Source: a virus (Duplodnaviria; Heunggongvirae; Uroviricota; Caudoviricetes). Taken from it: DNA of 47,471 nucleotides. Below, piece by piece: positions 1 through 9,102 of the stretch. Position 1 is the stretch's first letter; each line of letters starts with the position of its first letter. The notes beneath the pieces were generated by a model. It was not told where the DNA came from and searched no databases. It saw only the letters and a program-made list of their open reading frames with translations. The DNA lies in the IMG/VR virus record IMGVR_UViG_2541047941_000003, positions 1 through 47,471 of that record. One strand, given 5' to 3'. The position numbers and the translations under genes are program-made.

Positions 1-1194
1 ATGATCACCGACACAAAGCTCAGGAAGGCGCTCGGCAAGAAAAGAGATGATATCGAGATTATTTCTGATTCGCACGGGCTCAACGCCAGAATCAGCCAGG
101 CCGGAAAAATATCATTTTTCTATCGGTATCGCTGGGCCGGTAAAGCGGTAAAACTCAATGTTGGTGATTATCCTGCAATGAGTATCACCCAGGCAAGAGA
201 GCGTCGCCAACAATTCAGAAACTGGTTAACTGAGGGACTGGATCCGCGAGAGCAGGTGAAGCTGGATAAGCAGACCCGACAGGAAGCGATGTCCGTTGCC
301 GAAGCGTTCAATTACTGGATTGAAAGGCACTGTATCGCTAACGGGCTAGTTAAAGTCGATTACTATCGCCAGGTGTTTGAGAAACATATCGCCGAACCGA
401 TGAAGAATGTCAAAGTCGATAACACAGCGAAAATGCACTGGATCAACGTCTTCGATTCTATAGAAAGCAGGGTGATGGCTCATTACATGCTTTCGCTGTG
501 CAAACGGGCGTTTAGGTTCTGCGTTAACAGAAGTGTGATCGCCTCAAACCCACTCGAGGGATTACTGCCATCTGATGTCGGGCAAAAGCCTAAAAAGAGA
601 ACTCGCAGGATGGACGATGACGATCTGCGCAAAATCTATCAGTGGTTGAAAAGCCATATGTCGATAGAGTCCGTTTTCCTGGTGAAATTTATTATGCTTA
701 CCGGATGCCGTACGGCTGAGATTCGACTTAGTGAGAGATCATGGTTTCGATTGGATGATAATGAGTGGGTCGTGCCTGCGGGCAGTTATAAAACTCGGGT
801 ACATATTAGAAGGGGACTCTCAGACGCCGCCGTTAACCTGGTCAGAAATCACCTCAAGAAAATAAACACCAATCACCTGGTGACTTCACAACGTAAAATT
901 GATGGCGGGATCAAAGATTCGCCCGTTCATTCACCTGTGGCATCCAATTACGCCCGTTCTATTTGGAATGGAACAGGTATGGCAGAGTGGTCGCTTCATG
1001 ATATGAGGCGGACGATAGCCACAAATCTCTCTGAGTTAGGTTGCCCGCCGCACGTAATTGAAAAGCTGCTCGGGCATCAGATGGTGGGGGTTATGGCGCA
1101 TTACAACCTTCATGACTATATCGATGATCAGAAACACTGGCTCCGCGTTTGGCAGAGCCATCTTGAAGAGATCATCGGAGAGCCCTTCAGTTAA
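1..1194 (+). CDS. int: Tyrosine recombinase / phage integrase (P4-like family)
   Basis: 397 aa ORF; C-terminal HDMRRT (HxxR) and [10 protein letters not shown] (catalytic Tyr) motifs typical of tyrosine integrases; N-terminal arm-type domain; ORF starts at window base 1. Confidence 0.85.
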
Positions 1195-1433
1195 TTTATC
1201 TTCTTTTTATCCTCCCACTCTTTGATTGACTCAGAGCGCCAGCGGTTAGGGTTGCCGGGCCAGTCAGGGGGTGGGAACGGGCATACGAAGCCCCGAGGCA
1301 TTGTGTCTGCACTTTGCCATGACCAAAGGGTTTTGCGTGAAATTTTGTAGCGACTGGTCAGGTCTGACGTTACCAAAATATCATCCATAGCTCTCTCCAG
1401 TTGCCCGTTCGGGCCATTCAAAATCTTTTTCAA
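1191..1433 (-). CDS. AlpA/Xis-like small DNA-binding protein (putative excisionase)
   Basis: 80 aa, adjacent to int; Trp-rich C-terminus ([21 protein letters not shown]) resembling AlpA-type excisionases. Confidence 0.5.
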
Positions 1434-1672
1434 CCAACCTGCCCGGGCAGGGAGCGGAGACGGCGCATGCCGGTCATCGCTGTGGCCACGTAGCTCGCCT
1501 TTCGGTTCACCACCTCCACCCAGACTTTCACGCCTTCAACCTTCACCGTATAAGTCTCTTTCATCTTGCTTCGCCCATAGTCGCCATATGTTTGCAAGTG
1601 AGCTGCCAGCGCGATGTCGCATGCTTGGCGAGCTAAAGGTGATTGCTTACTTCCTCGATTGATCAGTCGCAT
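1430..1672 (-). CDS. Hypothetical protein
   Basis: 80 aa ORF in operon with recombination genes; start uncertain. Confidence 0.35.
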   Translation of the reverse strand: MRLINRGSKQSPLARQACDIALAAHLQTYGDYGRSKMKETYTVKVEGVKVWVEVVNRKASYVATAMTGMRRLRSLPGQVG

Positions 1673-1710
1673 ATAATCTCCTTGAGGGAGGGTTACCCCT
1701 CCCGGTCTCG

Positions 1711-2829
1711 TCAGGCCACGTATTCCGGTTTCATATCCGCCAGGGTGATGCTGAATTGATCGTGCAGTTCATCGCCTAAGTGACGCTTTGAAGATGCAAG
1801 CATGCGCTCGGCTTCAGCGAACCGTTCGGCTGCATGCGGCTCGTCGGGCTGGGGCAGGGATTTAATAGCCTCCTCAACCTTGTTGCGTGCATCCACTAGG
1901 TAATAACGCTTTACGGCTTTGTTTTTCAGCTCGGTGAATAGTGCGGATCCCAGCGTAGCTTTCGCCGTTTCAATGTCGGCACGCAGCGATTTGGCGCTAT
2001 CCACGTCCTGAGCAGATTCGATGCGTTCGCGGAAATCATCGGCAAGAGAGTCGACATTTACCGACGATTCCTGTGCGCTTTGCGTGGTTGTGACGGTGTC
2101 ACCTGAGATATCAGCCAGGCTAACGCGTTGCGGCGTTGGGTTGATCTCTTTTTCTGTGCGCTGTTCAATCTCATCAGGGGTGTACACACCAAGAACAACT
2201 GCAGGGCAATACAGGCGCGCCCAGTATTTGAGTGCCAGATAAGCGATCTGCTGTTTCGGGTTTGATACCCAAAGTGGAGAATTACGTGTGATTACGCTGG
2301 AGAGGAAAACAGGCTCTCCCCAGGTGATATCACTTTCACCGCGAATAACGGCACCTACCCGTACCGACAGTCCTTGTTCATCAGCACTTTCCCAACCGCG
2401 TACCATTTCTTTCTTGTCGTACGTCCCGCCACCTTTCGCAGGCTTTTTAACGGTTATCTCGCGGCTGCTGGCACATTTCGACCAGTCGCCCTCGTACTCA
2501 TAGTGAAAGCGGCCAACGATGGCGTTTGAGCTGGAGATCACCGCATTAACCAGTTGCGCTTCGTATCCCAGGACACCGTTAACCAGGTGCGTCTTTTGCG
2601 CCACGGCGTAAGGGTTCATACCCCACTGCATCGCCTGCATGATGATGGCCATGCAGTCTGCCGGATTGCCGCGGAGGTGCTCAGGCACCGTTACGGCTGC
2701 CTGTGCCATCAACCCGGCGACAGACTGAAGCTGGGTTAAAGCCTGCACGTTGAAAATGGCATTGCTGGCTGAGATCGTGTTTGGAGTCTGCTGTTCAGCG
2801 GTTACGATATTCGTGTTTTCCATCATCAT
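1711..2829 (-). CDS. recT: Single-strand annealing recombinase (RecT/Bet-like)
   Basis: 372 aa ORF immediately downstream of RecE-like exonuclease in same orientation, as in recET operons; family call by synteny and general sequence character. Confidence 0.5.
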   Translation of the reverse strand: MMMENTNIVTAEQQTPNTISASNAIFNVQALTQLQSVAGLMAQAAVTVPEHLRGNPADCMAIIMQAMQWGMNPYAVAQKTHLVNGVLGYEAQLVNAVISSSNAIVGRFHYEYEGDWSKCASSREITVKKPAKGGGTYDKKEMVRGWESADEQGLSVRVGAVIRGESDITWGEPVFLSSVITRNSPLWVSNPKQQIAYLALKYWARLYCPAVVLGVYTPDEIEQRTEKEINPTPQRVSLADISGDTVTTTQSAQESSVNVDSLADDFRERIESAQDVDSAKSLRADIETAKATLGSALFTELKNKAVKRYYLVDARNKVEEAIKSLPQPDEPHAAERFAEAERMLASSKRHLGDELHDQFSITLADMKPEYVA

Positions 2830-2834
2830 TCCCC

Positions 2835-5800
2835 TTATGCCTGAGTACGCAGCGCTTCAAGGCGGCGCAGGTCGAAGTCGTTCAGTTCGTCGGTGTAGTC
2901 AGCAGTGATTGGCGCTGGCCATTCACCTGTGTCGAATCCGGTTGCGATATTGCGCATCGCTTTGCGGTACTCGAGCATACCCAGCTCCAGTAGTTCAGCG
3001 GATGCCTCGATGATGGCGATCCAGTGGTAGTTCTCGTCTTTGTTGACGAAAATCCAGAAGAACTGATCCAGCGCTGCGGTTTCGCAGTACATAGCCGCGC
3101 TCAGGTGATAATCACGTTCAATAATTTCCCGGTGTAGCCTGGCGCGCAGGCTTTCCTGCTTAACATTCCACATGCTGATGGTTTTCAGGTCTGCACCTAT
3201 ACGCACGCCATCCAGGTCGATCTCAAGGTCAGGGCGCACACGAACTTCCAAGCCCGTCTCCTCGTCAAAACCAAAGTAGCTCACCTCAACGGCTCGGCTA
3301 GGGTGGGTCAGCAGCATGCCGGCGGTCGGGTGTGCCAGAAGCGCTTTTTGAATATTCAGCGCGGTGCTCAGCTGCTGGCGGGTGACCAGCACTTTTCCTT
3401 CCGGGTTATCGCGCCAGGCATCCAGCAGTTCGTCGGCAAATACGGCATCTGGTTTGACTGCCTTCACGGCCTGGATCATGTCTGCTTTGGTACCGGACAC
3501 TTTCAGTGGTGCCGGTTTCTGTGCTTCCTGAGCCACAAGGTCAGGGTTGATGATTGCCAACTGCTCCAGCAGCGCGTCACGGCTGCCGCTGGTTTTAACC
3601 GGCGGCGGCAGGGTGGCGTTGTACTCTTTAATGCATGCCTTCATTGCCGTCGCCGTCTGCTTCTGGTCACCATCAATACGCTGGAAGTCAGCTGGCAGCG
3701 CCATATAGTTCTGTGCCGTTTCTTCCAGGTTAGCGCCAAGCGGAACCTGCGGCGGCAGGGTGGCGTTGTACTCTTCCAGTAACACCTTGATGTCGTCGGC
3801 AGACAGCAGCGCCGGCAGGCTGGCATTGTGCTCATCGATAAAGGCGCGCAGGGTCGCGGCCGTTGTGAATGCGCCTTCAGGGATCACCGGTTCAACGCTG
3901 AATTCTGCGTCCAGTAGTTCAGGCTGCAACGCCAGCGCATGCACCAAGTTGCCCATGTCCAGCACCGCTGAGCGCTCTTTGACGATGGTTTTCTCTACGT
4001 GGCGCGCATTGAAGTACATCAGCGAAACGCGCGCATCTTTCACCTGGGTTGAGCTGATGCCGTTGGCGGCGTGGTAAACCTCGTTTGGCAGCCCTTCATA
4101 GCGGCCTGGCTCGAAATAAGCGGGATAAACAACAGCCGGTTCGTCAGATTGCGCTTCTGGCTCGGTTTGTGCTGCAACTGGTTCGGTTTGGCTTACAGAA
4201 TCGCTATTTTTGGCGACAGAATCCGTATTCTGGTTTACATCGTCCTTCTGGCTGGTATCTGACTCTTCACCAGACTCCAGACTGCTTTCGCCTGGCTGTA
4301 CTTCATCACCAGCTTGTTTTTCATCACTGACAGTTTCTTGAACCTGCACATTGCTGGTGGTCTCCGTAGCCTTTTTCGTGCCATGAGTTGCTGAGTTCTG
4401 CAGCAAAGCCGTAACGTCGAATATTCCGTTGCCGACATTTTTAACCAGTTCTTGTTCGACTTTCTGCGGTTGTGCTGCCGCTTCCTCTGCGCGGCGGCGT
4501 GCTCCTTCTTCACGCACGCGTTGCAGGTTCTCTTCGTGAGTGCAGAAGGATTTGCGCGGAGACTCCTTACCTTCAGGTTGGGGAATTTCCTGTGCTGCGG
4601 GTTCAGCCTCATGCAACGGCAATAACTCGACCGCGGAATTGAACGCGGCTGTCATGGTCTGGTTAACAAATTCCAGGTGAGCGACAGGAGTTAAATGAAT
4701 ATTTTCCGGTGCGATACGTACCAGGTTAAAAATAGCCGTGCGGTTAACACCCAGAACGCCTGGCTGATTGCGCAGGATGTTGCTCCATGATTTCCATGGT
4801 TCTTCTTTTTTGGTCACGATTTCTTTAGCGCGACGAAGAATGCTGCCCGGGATCTCGAAGTGGTTGAAGTCCATAGGCAGAAGGGCACACGCAATCTCTA
4901 AATCGAGAGTGTCCAGTGTGTGGTGTGCGTCAGGTCCACGGTCAGTGACGTAACCGCCGTCGGCATTAGTGCCGGAATCAGTACGCTGCACACTACTGAT
5001 GCGATTACCGGCGGCCCATTCGCGAACGAAGATACCGCGGTCGATGTGATCTGTAGCGAACCACAATTTCAAAAACTGGATTAAGGTTGCGAGTTCAGGG
5101 ATTTTTCCATCGACAGGGAAGACTTTCTTAACGGCATTCACGACTTTATGAATATCGTGCTCAATGGCTTTTTTGAATGCTTCCACATTCTCAGCTGCCA
5201 GCAGCAGGTTCTGGACGTACGCGTCATCGGTGTCCATCTCAAGGCGGACAATCTCATTTTTCTGCCCTGCGTCGATGTGATAGAGATATTCACCATCACC
5301 GATGAACTGAGCCAGTACGCGCTGGCGGAATGGCAGGGTGGCAACAACGATCAGGTTCGGTTGCTGTGTCTGCTGGGATTGCTCTTCGGTATCGACTTCA
5401 CCATCAACGACGCCACCTTCTGCCCGGCCGTTCTCGTCGGTCTGGATACCGTCCTCAACAGTGAGATCTTGACCCGTTGTAACGTCAGCAGCGTTGCTGG
5501 TTTCAGTTTTGAGCAACTGCAACTTACCACTGCGCCAGTCTTCTACCAGTTGATTGCGGTCACCGGCATCGGTGTTCACCCAGTCAGACATGAATGCAGC
5601 GATCAATCTTGGTTCGTGCTCTTCGTCTGGTGTGAAAATGTCCTTAACCGCCCGAATCATTTTCCACTCAGCATTCAGGCTGAGTTTGGCGGTCGCGGGC
5701 ACATCGTTCCTTGCCACAAGCAGGCTATGGAGATATGTATTGCCTTCATCCAGTGACATTTCGCTGGCAGCCAACTGCTGCTCTTTAGTGACGTGGGTTT

Positions 5801-6224
5801 GGTATTTATCGTTCATCAGATGGACGGCAAAGCGGACCGCTGGAGTACGGTTTTCAACCGGGACAATTTCGGACGCAGTCGCATCTTCAACGATTACGGT
5901 CGGAGTAGGTGTGTAGGGGGCGTAAACGGAACCAGTAGACACACCAGCGGCTTTTGGCAGCCAGGTGCGCCCATCGTCCTGAAGCTCGTAGCGATCACAC
6001 CAGGTAAAATCAACTTCACCTTCTTTCGGCAGGCCGTCGACAACTGGGAAATCAGTGCGAATCGGTTTGGCGTAGTCCTTACCCCGACCTGTTTCGATAC
6101 CTGCATCTTCCAGCGCAACATCCAGCATCAGATTGGCGCGAGCCTCGGTTTTAGCAGTGAACCAGACCACTGCATCTTGCTTTCCGGATTTCTGAGTGGC
6201 TTTAACCACATTAAAGAATTCCAT
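2835..6224 (-). CDS. recE: Exodeoxyribonuclease VIII (RecE-like), C-terminal PD-(D/E)XK/YqaJ-type nuclease domain
   Basis: 1129 aa; long acidic/low-complexity N-terminal region and conserved C-terminal nuclease-like region; followed by annealing protein. Confidence 0.65.
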   Translation of the reverse strand: MEFFNVVKATQKSGKQDAVVWFTAKTEARANLMLDVALEDAGIETGRGKDYAKPIRTDFPVVDGLPKEGEVDFTWCDRYELQDDGRTWLPKAAGVSTGSVYAPYTPTPTVIVEDATASEIVPVENRTPAVRFAVHLMNDKYQTHVTKEQQLAASEMSLDEGNTYLHSLLVARNDVPATAKLSLNAEWKMIRAVKDIFTPDEEHEPRLIAAFMSDWVNTDAGDRNQLVEDWRSGKLQLLKTETSNAADVTTGQDLTVEDGIQTDENGRAEGGVVDGEVDTEEQSQQTQQPNLIVVATLPFRQRVLAQFIGDGEYLYHIDAGQKNEIVRLEMDTDDAYVQNLLLAAENVEAFKKAIEHDIHKVVNAVKKVFPVDGKIPELATLIQFLKLWFATDHIDRGIFVREWAAGNRISSVQRTDSGTNADGGYVTDRGPDAHHTLDTLDLEIACALLPMDFNHFEIPGSILRRAKEIVTKKEEPWKSWSNILRNQPGVLGVNRTAIFNLVRIAPENIHLTPVAHLEFVNQTMTAAFNSAVELLPLHEAEPAAQEIPQPEGKESPRKSFCTHEENLQRVREEGARRRAEEAAAQPQKVEQELVKNVGNGIFDVTALLQNSATHGTKKATETTSNVQVQETVSDEKQAGDEVQPGESSLESGEESDTSQKDDVNQNTDSVAKNSDSVSQTEPVAAQTEPEAQSDEPAVVYPAYFEPGRYEGLPNEVYHAANGISSTQVKDARVSLMYFNARHVEKTIVKERSAVLDMGNLVHALALQPELLDAEFSVEPVIPEGAFTTAATLRAFIDEHNASLPALLSADDIKVLLEEYNATLPPQVPLGANLEETAQNYMALPADFQRIDGDQKQTATAMKACIKEYNATLPPPVKTSGSRDALLEQLAIINPDLVAQEAQKPAPLKVSGTKADMIQAVKAVKPDAVFADELLDAWRDNPEGKVLVTRQQLSTALNIQKALLAHPTAGMLLTHPSRAVEVSYFGFDEETGLEVRVRPDLEIDLDGVRIGADLKTISMWNVKQESLRARLHREIIERDYHLSAAMYCETAALDQFFWIFVNKDENYHWIAIIEASAELLELGMLEYRKAMRNIATGFDTGEWPAPITADYTDELNDFDLRRLEALRTQA
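3601..3836. repeat. Three imperfect copies of a ~28 nt coding repeat (cggcggcagggtggcgttgtactctt) inside recE-like gene, encoding E(Y/H)NA(T/S)LP motifs
   Basis: Direct sequence comparison of 3601-3628, 3747-3777, 3806-3836. Confidence 0.6.
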
Positions 6225-6363
6225 GTGAGATCCTCATTTTTGGGTGTTAGAATCCCCGGACCATTGATAGCGCCCATTGGGTTAACTTTGGTTTTAATGT
6301 TGTTTCCGGTGTAACTTTGGTCGGTACCACCGGACGTAGATCCCGCCTTGCGCGGGTTTTACG

Positions 6364-6525
6364 TTAGCCTTCGTGAGCCATCTGGTCGTGCGAAGCGCAA
6401 CGTTTGGAGCAATACTCTTTTTCTTTGCGCGCCAGCTGTGAGCCGTTGCGATAGAGAAGGGTGCTCTTGATTACTTCCTCCGTTTTAACCGGCTTGCCGC
6501 AATATCCGCATTTCTTGTCTAACAT
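6364..6525 (-). CDS. Small Cys4 zinc-ribbon protein (53 aa; below ORF-track cutoff)
   Basis: ATG..TAA ORF translating MLDKKCGYCGKPV...YCSKRCASHDQ with CxxC...CxxxC spacing; lies in early-left operon. Confidence 0.4.
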   Translation of the reverse strand: MLDKKCGYCGKPVKTEEVIKSTLLYRNGSQLARKEKEYCSKRCASHDQMAHEG

Positions 6526-6536
6526 GACATCCTCCG

Positions 6537-6887
6537 CTAGTGGCTGAGTCCATGCCCCAGACCGTTCAGATAAACTTCAACCAGCAAATCCTTGGTGTAA
6601 GTCATTTCTACGCCGCGATGCAGATACAAACGTCCGCGAGCGTTAGCTGATGCCGTCCAGGTTGAGTCTTTGTGTTTGACGAGCATCCCCGGCTGAACTG
6701 CGCCGCGGTTTACTGTCTGTGTACCGTAGTGCTGATGAACCATGATGTTCTCCAGTTTTTCTGAGTGAACTTCGCTGGTGATGCCGCGGCGCTGATCTTC
6801 ACGGTTGAGCGTTTTAACTCTGCAATTCACCACCGCGAAGCTCACTCTGTGCTTTGCCCTTGTCGCCAGGCTGGCGGAACGTTTCAA
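6537..6887 (-). CDS. Hypothetical early-left operon protein
   Basis: 116 aa ORF just downstream of OL-like operator region; start may be internal Met. Confidence 0.4.
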   Translation of the reverse strand: MKRSASLATRAKHRVSFAVVNCRVKTLNREDQRRGITSEVHSEKLENIMVHQHYGTQTVNRGAVQPGMLVKHKDSTWTASANARGRLYLHRGVEMTYTKDLLVEVYLNGLGHGLSH

Positions 6888-6988
6888 ACCTACTGCGCGT
6901 TAATCTCACCACCTCATTCCGGTCTTCGTATGCCCCGGACAGCTTCTTCGTGGGCGTCCTGCTTTGGTGGTTGTGTTGATGGAGTAAT

Positions 6989-7003
6989 TAAACACAATGT
7001 TTA
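6989..7003. promoter_or_regulatory. OL-like operator: palindrome TAAACAcaaTGTTTA, near-identical to OR site at 9059-9073
   Basis: Inverted repeat read directly; 14 of 15 positions match TAAACATAATGTTTA in cI-cro intergenic region. Confidence 0.55.
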
Positions 7004-7127
7004 TTTACGTGTCAACATAATGAGTGTTTTTATATAAACAAAAAGTTTAGTTGGTTGCGCTCGTTGGCACGAGTAGTATGTTTTGTGGTCTATTTTGTGG
7101 TTATAAAAAAATCGATGAGGGTGAGTT

Positions 7128-7334
7128 ATGGATCGTGACGAACTGGAAGAAGACCGCGCAGCGTTTATTGCGGGGGAGATTGGTGGCGCAGTTGTCAGTC
7201 TGATAGCTAACGGGATTGTGATCAGCCGCGATGCGATTGTGGATAGTCTAGAGGCTAAGCGCAGGGTAGTGGGAAACGTCATTCACAAGTGGGTATTGCG
7301 GGATGCGGCTGCTATGGTGAGAAAAGGGCAATAA
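7128..7334 (+). CDS. Hypothetical small protein (68 aa), convergent with cI operon
   Basis: ORF followed by bidirectional terminator hairpin. Confidence 0.4.
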   Translation: MDRDELEEDRAAFIAGEIGGAVVSLIANGIVISRDAIVDSLEAKRRVVGNVIHKWVLRDAAAMVRKGQ

Positions 7335-7336
7335 AA

Positions 7337-7364
7337 AACCCAGTTCGGTAACTGGGTTATTGCT
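7337..7364. terminator. Bidirectional intrinsic terminator (aacccagtt-cggt-aactgggtt flanked by A-run and T-run)
   Basis: 9 bp perfect stem, 4 nt loop, poly-A upstream and T-rich downstream; sits between convergent genes. Confidence 0.6.
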
Positions 7365-7790
7365 TTATTCAACAGATGATGGGGGGGTCGGTGCTTTCTT
7401 AAAGATCGACCACTGAGAAATGTAGGTCAGCAACCTTGAGCTTAACTCGAGTTCTTTTTGTAATATTTCGTCATAACGTTTATTTGCTGCTTGCATGGTC
7501 GCATCACTAGCGTGATTGTCATCCATAATGATCTTTAGCCTTTTCTTTTCTCGGCTTGAGCATATTGTAAATAACAGACCTGTAAATGACATTCCACCAA
7601 AATCCTTTAACGTTTTGATTACAAAAAGAAGAATCAAAGACAGAAAAGGAACAGATCTGTAGGCCCAATCACGAAACTCACCGTCAGGAAAGAAGATAGG
7701 AATAGCATCTGTAGCATAACCACATATGAGGGAGACAATTAGAAAAGGTAGTCCATTTTTAGCTACATTTTTAACGTTATCGTTAGCCAT
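7365..7790 (-). CDS. Small membrane protein (~141 aa, 2-3 predicted TM helices, charged C-terminal tail), cassette gene C
   Basis: Hydrophobic stretches GLPFLIVSLICGYATDAIPIFF, VPFLSLILLFVIKTL; ATG overlaps stop of upstream gene (ATGGCTAA); AT-rich. Confidence 0.5.
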   Translation of the reverse strand: MANDNVKNVAKNGLPFLIVSLICGYATDAIPIFFPDGEFRDWAYRSVPFLSLILLFVIKTLKDFGGMSFTGLLFTICSSREKKRLKIIMDDNHASDATMQAANKRYDEILQKELELSSRLLTYISQWSIFKKAPTPPSSVE

Positions 7791-8166
7791 GATTTTTTCC
7801 CGAGAACGATTTCGAGTCAACATGTAACTTTTGTGTTTTGACTACATAATACGCAAATCCAATCTTAACTAACCAATAAGCTACTGGTATGAGTGCTGCG
7901 TAAAGAGGGATATAGTACATAACCTTACCTCCTGTTAACCACACTATAACACCTAGCATCACTATTAGCGCGACAGAAAATGCTTTCAGCCCAACACAGC
8001 TATCAGGATGTGAAACACTGTTCCTTAGCAACAATATCCTGGATTCATCAAGTGTGTAAGGAATATCGCCAACATGATTTTCGATTTTTGGGAAGGTCTC
8101 AAATACTTCAACCCGATCAATCGAAATAATTGAGCTTGATTGATGATCTAAGCAAACTGCAGCCAC
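7783..8166 (-). CDS. Small membrane protein (127 aa, 2 C-terminal TM helices), cassette gene B
   Basis: GTG start preceded by GAGGG; TM segments AFSVALIVMLGVIVWL and IPLYAALIPVAYWLVKIGFAYYVV; AT-rich. Confidence 0.45.
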   Translation of the reverse strand: MAAVCLDHQSSSIISIDRVEVFETFPKIENHVGDIPYTLDESRILLLRNSVSHPDSCVGLKAFSVALIVMLGVIVWLTGGKVMYYIPLYAALIPVAYWLVKIGFAYYVVKTQKLHVDSKSFSGKNHG

Positions 8167-8168
8167 TG

Positions 8169-8492
8169 TTATCCCTCTCGAACCTTTAGTGATACTCGGT
8201 TAGCAGCAAATGTGGCAATGAAACCACATTCTACACATATAACAGGGAATGCCCATATACCTCGGCCAGCTGAATGAGGTAGAGGAAGGGTAATTATTGC
8301 AGGATAGTCTTGACTATCTTCTCGTGGAGGAACTCCCCAAAGCGTATGCTTACAAAGCGGACAGGCCATCTCGCCATGTTTTTCTTCGAGGCGTTGAAAA
8401 TAATCTCGAAATTCTTGTCTTGATATTGATAGCGTCAATGCTGTTGTATTGACACTTTCCTGACTTTTTTCTTCTTCAACCTGTTCGCCCAT
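8169..8492 (-). CDS. Small zinc-ribbon protein (~107 aa), cassette gene A
   Basis: CPLC...CVEC motif pair; first gene downstream of cI in same orientation; AT-rich. Confidence 0.45.
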   Translation of the reverse strand: MGEQVEEEKSQESVNTTALTLSISRQEFRDYFQRLEEKHGEMACPLCKHTLWGVPPREDSQDYPAIITLPLPHSAGRGIWAFPVICVECGFIATFAANRVSLKVREG

Positions 8493-8603
8493 CTCAGCTC
8501 TCAATATAATGATAATTAACTGGTAAGTGAATTTTGCATATCGTTAAGATGTATCCCATTGGTACAGAAACATCTGAGGGGTAAGTAGCTTTTAACTACC
8601 GTG

Positions 8604-8999
8604 CTACTCACCATCCCCCTTAATCCGCCGTCCCATGTACTTGGCGTACAGTTCATCGAGTTCTTTCAACCGTAGAGATACGATCCGCAACATGTTCTGT
8701 TGTTCTTCTTCGTTTGGGAGTTGATTATAGAGTTCCAACAGTCTCCGTTCGTCGTGTCTCAAACCGTCCTTAGCATCCACGTCCTGACCTAGAACCCACT
8801 CAAGACTTACGCCTAGCGCATCGGCAAGTTTTATTGCTGAGCTTTTTCCTATCGCTCCTCTGACAAACCAGTTGTTGACTGATTGTGCGCTCACACCACA
8901 GATTCTCGCTATATCCGCTTTGGATATGCGCTTCTTCTCGATGATTTCATTTAACCGCCGAACCTGCGGGTTATCTGTTTGGTGTGTGTTTTTTCTCAT
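8604..8999 (-). CDS. cI: cI-type prophage repressor, HTH_XRE family, no LexA-like S24 peptidase domain
   Basis: 131 aa; HTH ISKADIARICGVSAQSVNNW; divergent from cro-like gene across operator palindromes. Confidence 0.8.
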   Translation of the reverse strand: MRKNTHQTDNPQVRRLNEIIEKKRISKADIARICGVSAQSVNNWFVRGAIGKSSAIKLADALGVSLEWVLGQDVDAKDGLRHDERRLLELYNQLPNEEEQQNMLRIVSLRLKELDELYAKYMGRRIKGDGE

Positions 9000-9032
9000 A
9001 TATCAAGATTCTAAACTAAAAGTTTATCGCCT

Positions 9033-9049
9033 CAACATTCATAATGTTG
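9033..9049. promoter_or_regulatory. OR operator site: perfect palindrome CAACATTcatAATGTTG
   Basis: Inverted repeat in cI-cro intergenic region. Confidence 0.6.
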
Positions 9050-9058
9050 ACTTGAACA

Positions 9059-9073
9059 TAAACATAATGTTTA
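9059..9073. promoter_or_regulatory. OR operator site: perfect palindrome TAAACATaATGTTTA
   Basis: Inverted repeat in cI-cro intergenic region, 10 nt from first site. Confidence 0.6.
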
Positions 9074-9102
9074 ATTTGGTTCGTTATTACTTGGAGCCAA
9101 AT

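Noticed and set aside
1-30. Integrase ORF being truncated by the window start
   Set aside because: ORF begins with ATG at base 1 and its length (397 aa) and N-terminal arm-type region match full-length P4-family integrases; truncation cannot be excluded but is not indicated.
3303-6314. Many ORF-track entries on the plus strand or in alternate frames inside the 3.4 kb recE-like gene (e.g. 3303..3782, 5148..5756, 5793..6314)
   Set aside because: Fully embedded in a long conserved-looking ORF on the opposite strand, with no RBS or independent signals; typical shadow ORFs of GC-rich coding DNA.
8505-8603. Hairpin ggtaagtagc...gctactcacc between cI and the cassette as an intrinsic terminator
   Set aside because: Stem has a mismatch, a 13 nt loop and no following U-run on the transcribed strand; more likely allows read-through from cI or is a protein-binding site.
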